NCBI GenBank assembly: GCA_963751455.1
Contig: CAVVUN010000003.1
Coordinates: 128,001 to 192,000, forward strand
Length of the DNA: 64,000 nt
Source of the DNA: Nitrospirota bacterium
Lineage (GTDB): Bacteria > Nitrospirota > UBA9217
Reading direction: 5' to 3'
Below are positions 60,501 to 64,000 of this stretch, one piece after another; position 1 is the stretch's first letter, and each line of letters begins with the position of its first letter. Below the pieces are notes generated by a model. The model did no database searches. It was not told where the DNA came from and was given only the letters and a program-made list of their open reading frames with translations. The position numbers were made by a program, and so were the translations under genes.

Positions 60501-60811
60501 GCAGCGAGGCCTGGACCGCGGCATACCGGGAGCGGCTGAGAAGCAAATTTCTACGGCTTGTTCTTCAGCAGGGCCTGTACCTGGAAGAGTCCGCACAGTG
60601 GCGGAAAGCTGTCGAGACGTTTCAGCGCGGGCTGGAAACGGACGAACTCGCCGAAGAGTTCTATCAGCATCTTATGATGTGTTACCGTAAACTCGGCCAG
60701 AAAGCCGAGGCGATCCGGGTTTATGAAAATTGCCGGGACATTTTTTCTTCCGCACTTGGAATTTCACCCTCGAAACAGACAGAAGCGCTCTATTCTTCTA
60801 TCCTGAAATAA
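57581..60811 (+). CDS. MalT-like STAND NTPase / helical repeats / wHTH-BTAD transcriptional regulator
   Basis: GPAGSGKTS, VFDNYQ, TEGWAAGL, WPWPLRIVTLG, LWPDS, BTAD C-terminus. Confidence 0.88.
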   Translation: MVKQIPIAKISRPNASGVIPRKRLFRLLDGARKQPILWVSGPAGSGKTSLIAGYLDARKLPCLWYQADDRDSDIASFFYYLGLAAKKAAPRYRKPLPLLTPEYLGGIATFTRRFFENLYTRLKPPFAVVFDNYQDVPEEALFHGVMQNALSLVPEGIHVFIISRNEPPAAFSRLRANEAIRLVGWDELRFTLDETKQFVRRKVKLTENAVAELHTKTEGWAAGLVLLMEGTAAEKSECPSAGDRLQPEVFDYFAGEVFNKLDDKTRDLLLETAFLPAITARLAENMTGLHDAGAILAELNRNNFFTGKISGPLPAYRYHPLFKTFLQTRAAGTMTRESIARLRIKAAHLLLNEGQLEDAIELLCAAQDWNGFIGLILGNAQQLMAQGRNRTLQEWIERVPREMIASVPWLLFWQAVCRGPFNPIESRSGLEAAFDLFKKEGNRQGEILVCLGILDTYAVAFSDFTGVDRWINELEEIVKECGGFPSSELEIRATFALFTILYMSRPDHPRFPFWFERARSLMHSCRDNSQRVINATFLLHYYSWIGFSEDMPALMQDLHQAMKAPDVPPVIRIMGLVMKAIHGWSTASYEAGRKAVAEALETARYHGIHHYESKLYAQDVYLTTITGDCAASSQALQKLAATTNFDNPLDASHYHLLASFDARCRDDFAASLEHARISQKTVIEGGAPFPLAWGLYNLSQALFHTGDISGARECLEKALQIGRMMKSVMLEFSCLLLKAMFAFSEKSGESDAEALTMLRRALSLGKKHTIMNIGGWRRKTLSGLCARALDAGIEREFTLQLIKAHNLEPDDPVNTGESWPWPLRIVTLGRFEVLKDGKRADSGRKVQHKPLMLFKALIAFGGSEVPEEKITDLLWPDSEGDAAHSAFSTTLQRLRALVGYDKALFLNERRLSLDPRFCHVDAWSFERMHERAESLWRSVPDESGGKRPGTTAEAYRHGEKALELYQGSFLPGDGSEAWTAAYRERLRSKFLRLVLQQGLYLEESAQWRKAVETFQRGLETDELAEEFYQHLMMCYRKLGQKAEAIRVYENCRDIFSSALGISPSKQTEALYSSILK

Positions 60812-61090
60812 GCCCGGCCGCCCCCTCTCCTTCCGAGGTCACGTGAAAAGTTATAAACCATTTAGACTCGGAAAAGGCGGGATTGCACACCCTCGGTCGG
60901 GGTCCTCGTCAATTTCCGGGAACGTCAAAGAGGAACAGTATAAAACATCCCGCACCTCGGGGGCGCTCGTATCCCATTGGTCAGCATCCGGCCCGGGGAA
61001 TTATACCTTGATTTTAAGCGGACGCTGAGGTATCCTCCGGCATCAGCGTCCGATAGTTTGAAATAGCGCACAGATGTACGACCTGCAGAG

Positions 61091-64000
61091 GTGAAATCAC
61101 CGTCGATGAAAGAGCTCGGGATAGCCAAAATCAGCCGTCCGAACGCACAGGAAATCACTCCTCGCAAAAGACTTTTCCGGCTTCTCGACGGTGCGCGAAA
61201 ACAGCCGATTCTCTGGGTGACGGGGCCGGTAGGTTCCGGCAAGACCTCCCTCATCGCCGGCTATCTCGATGCGCGCAAGCTTCCGAGCCTGTGGTACCAG
61301 GCGGATGAGCGCGACTCGGATATCGCCTCGTTTTTCTATTACCTGGGCCTGGCAACGAAAAAAGCCGCGCCCCGCTATCGCAAGCCCCTCCCTCTTTTGA
61401 CCCCGGAATATCTCGGGGGCATTCCGACCTTTACTCAGCGGTTCTTTGAAAATCTTTACAGTAGATTAAAGCCTCCCTTTGCCGTTGTGTTTGATAATTA
61501 CCAGGACGTGCCGGAAGAGTCGTTGTTTCATGGCGTCATGCAAAATGCATTGTCCCTTGTTCCCGAAGGCATCCAGGTGTTTATCCTGAGCAGGAACGAA
61601 CCGCCTGCCCCGTTTTCGCGCCTTCGGGCCAACAACGCGATCCGGATCGTAGGGTGGGAAGAACTCCGCTTCACGCTCGATGAAACGAAGCAGTTCGTCA
61701 GCCGCAATGTGAAGCTGACGGAAAACGCGATCGGGCATCTGCTTGCCAAAACCGAGGGATGGGCTGCGGGGCTTGTGCTGCTGTTGCAGGGCGCGGAGAC
61801 GGAGAAATCCGGGACTTTACCCGAAGAGCACCTGCGGCCCGGGGTCTTCGAATATTTCGCCGGGGAAGTTTTCAATAAGCTGGACGATAAGACGAGGGAA
61901 ATCCTGCTCGCCACAGCTTTCCTCCCAACAATTACCGCAGGGGCCGCTGAACAGATGAGCGGCCTGAGCGATGCGGGGCATATTCTGTCCGAACTGAACC
62001 GTCATAATTTCTTTACCGGAAGAATTTCCGGTTCCTCCCCCGCATTCCGTTACCATCCGCTCTTCAGGGCCTTCCTGCAAACCCGCGCCGCCGCCGTCAT
62101 GACTGCGGAGAACATGGCCAAGCTCAGAATGAAAGCGGCCGCCCTGCTGCTGAATGAAGGCCAGATGGAGGACGCGATCGAGCTTTTGAGCGCCGCGCAG
62201 GACTGGAGCGGCCTCATCAGCATCATTCTCGGAAACGCGCAGCAACTGATCAGCCAGGGCAGAAACAGGACGCTCCAGGAGTGGATCGAACGGCTTCCCC
62301 GGGAAACGGTCGATTCCGCGCCCTGGCTCGTTTACTGGCATGCCGTCTGCCTGGGGCCTTTCAACCCGGCAGAAAGCCGGAAGCGCTTCGAATCTGCCTT
62401 CGAACTGTTCAAGAAAGAGGGCATTCGCGAAGGGTTGATCCTGGCCTGCCTGGGGATACTGGACACCTATGTGATCGTCTTCAGCGACTTCACCCGGGTG
62501 GACCGATGGCTAAACGAGCTTGAGGACATTGTTAAACAGTCAAACGGATTTCCCTCTTCTGAGCTTGAAATCCGCGCGACCTTTGCCATTTTCACCATCT
62601 TGTATCAGAGTCGTCCCGATCATCCCCGGTTCTCCTTCTGGTTCGAGCGAGCGCGGTCGCTTATGCCTTCCTGTCGCGATAACAGCCAGCGGGTGATCAA
62701 TGCGGCCTTTCTGCTGCATTATTACATATGGATCGGTTTTTCCGCTGACACGCCTTCGCTGATGCAGGACCTGCATCAGGCCATGAAAGCGCCGGAGGTC
62801 CCGCCTGTGGTCAGGATCACGGGGCACACGATGAAGGCAATTCACGGGTGGGCCACGGCCTCGTTCGAGGCCTGCCGGAAAGCAGTTGCCGAAGGACTGG
62901 AAACAGCACGCTTCCACGGTATTCATCATAACGATTGGAAACTGTACACACAGGAAGCTTATTGCGCCACCATCACCGGCGATTGCGCGGCTTCATCGGA
63001 ACTTGTACAAAGACTGGCCGCGGCAACGAACTTCGATAATCCCCTTGAAGCGGGCAATTATCATATTCTCGCATCCTGTGATGCCCGCTGCCGTGATGAC
63101 TTCGCGGCGTCCCTGGAACAGGCCCGTCTTTCGGAAAAACTGGTGGCCGCGGGCAGCGCCCCCTTTTTCCTCTTGCCTGGAGTCTGTACAATCTCAGCCA
63201 GGCCCTTTTTCACGCAGGCAATATTGGCGAGGCGCGCGAGCGCGCGGAAAAAGCGCTCGGGATCGCCCGCATGATGAAGAGCTGCCTCATTGAATTTTCC
63301 TGTCTTCTCTTGAATGCATTGTTCGAGTTTTCCGAAAAAAGCGCTTCCTCCGATGCAAAAGGCCTGACAATGCTCCGCCGCGCCCTGTCGCTGGGCAAGG
63401 AGCATACCATAATGAACATAGCAGGATGGCGGCGTAAAACGCTGGCAAGGCTGTGCGCCAGGGCGCTTGAAGCCGGGATCGAGCGGGAATTTACCTTGCA
63501 GCTCATCAAGGCTCACAGTCTCGAGCCGGACGATCCGGCGGCAGTGAGCGAAGCCTGGCCCTGGCCGCTCAGGATCGTCACCCTTGGCGGATTCAGCCTG
63601 CTGAAGGACGGCAAACGCGGCAGGATCCGGCCGCAAAGTGCAGCACAAGCCGCTCATGCTGCTCAAGGCCCTCATCACATTCGGAGGCAGCGAAGTCCCT
63701 GAAGAAAAGATCAGCGATCTCCTCTGGACGGATTCGGAAGGCGACGCCGCGCACAGCGCGTTCTCAACCACTCTTCAGAGGCTGCGCTCTCTGGTCGGGA
63801 ACGAAAAAGCGCCTGCTTCTGAACGAGAGACGGCTGTCGCTCGATCATCGCTTCTGCTCGGTCGATGCGTGGTCCTTCGAGCGGATGCATGAGCGGGCGG
63901 AGTCCCTGTGGCGCGCGGCCAATGATGAGAGCGGTCAGCAAACGAGAGAGCGATGCGGCAGACGCTTACCGTTACGGGGAAAAAGCAATCGAGCTTTACC
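61091..64000 (+). CDS. Tandem paralogue of the STAND-BTAD regulator (frameshifts after ~63170, runs off window)
   Basis: Long stretches identical to 57581-60811 (e.g. RKRLFRLLDGARKQPILWV). The C-terminal part continues in ORFs at 63271 and 63638. Confidence 0.82.

Overview
64 kb of bacterial chromosome. Gene content and order suggest a Nitrospirota- or Desulfobacterota-like organism (inference). Most of it is core genome: mfd, SurA/PPIase genes, uvrA, rlmI, dksA, icd, a type IV pilus (Pil-Chp-like) chemosensory cluster running into romR and valS, nadC-birA-coaX, galT and aconitase. The main accessory feature is at tRNA-Val(CAC) (11005-11079). Its 3' 45 bp is repeated at 15687 and 18800, delimiting two tandem islets that have lost their integrase but keep att cores and islet-specific paired arm-like repeats; islet 2 also keeps a tyrosine-integrase C-terminal remnant. 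Islet 1 carries an HTH-ImmA/IrrE + PIN pair, an IS1380 and a DUF4238-like gene. Islet 2 carries an AT-rich module (ClpP-like peptidase, TIGR04255 protein, 75-aa protein, PemK/MazF-like protein), the best candidate here for an undescribed defence or toxin-antitoxin-chaperone-type system. A second accessory block (46.8-64 kb) has a dinG remnant, surface lipoprotein/OMP genes and three MalT-like STAND-BTAD regulators. Frameshifts in cheA, cheW, valS and the last regulator are most likely sequencing errors. All family calls come from motif recognition by eye, not database searches.
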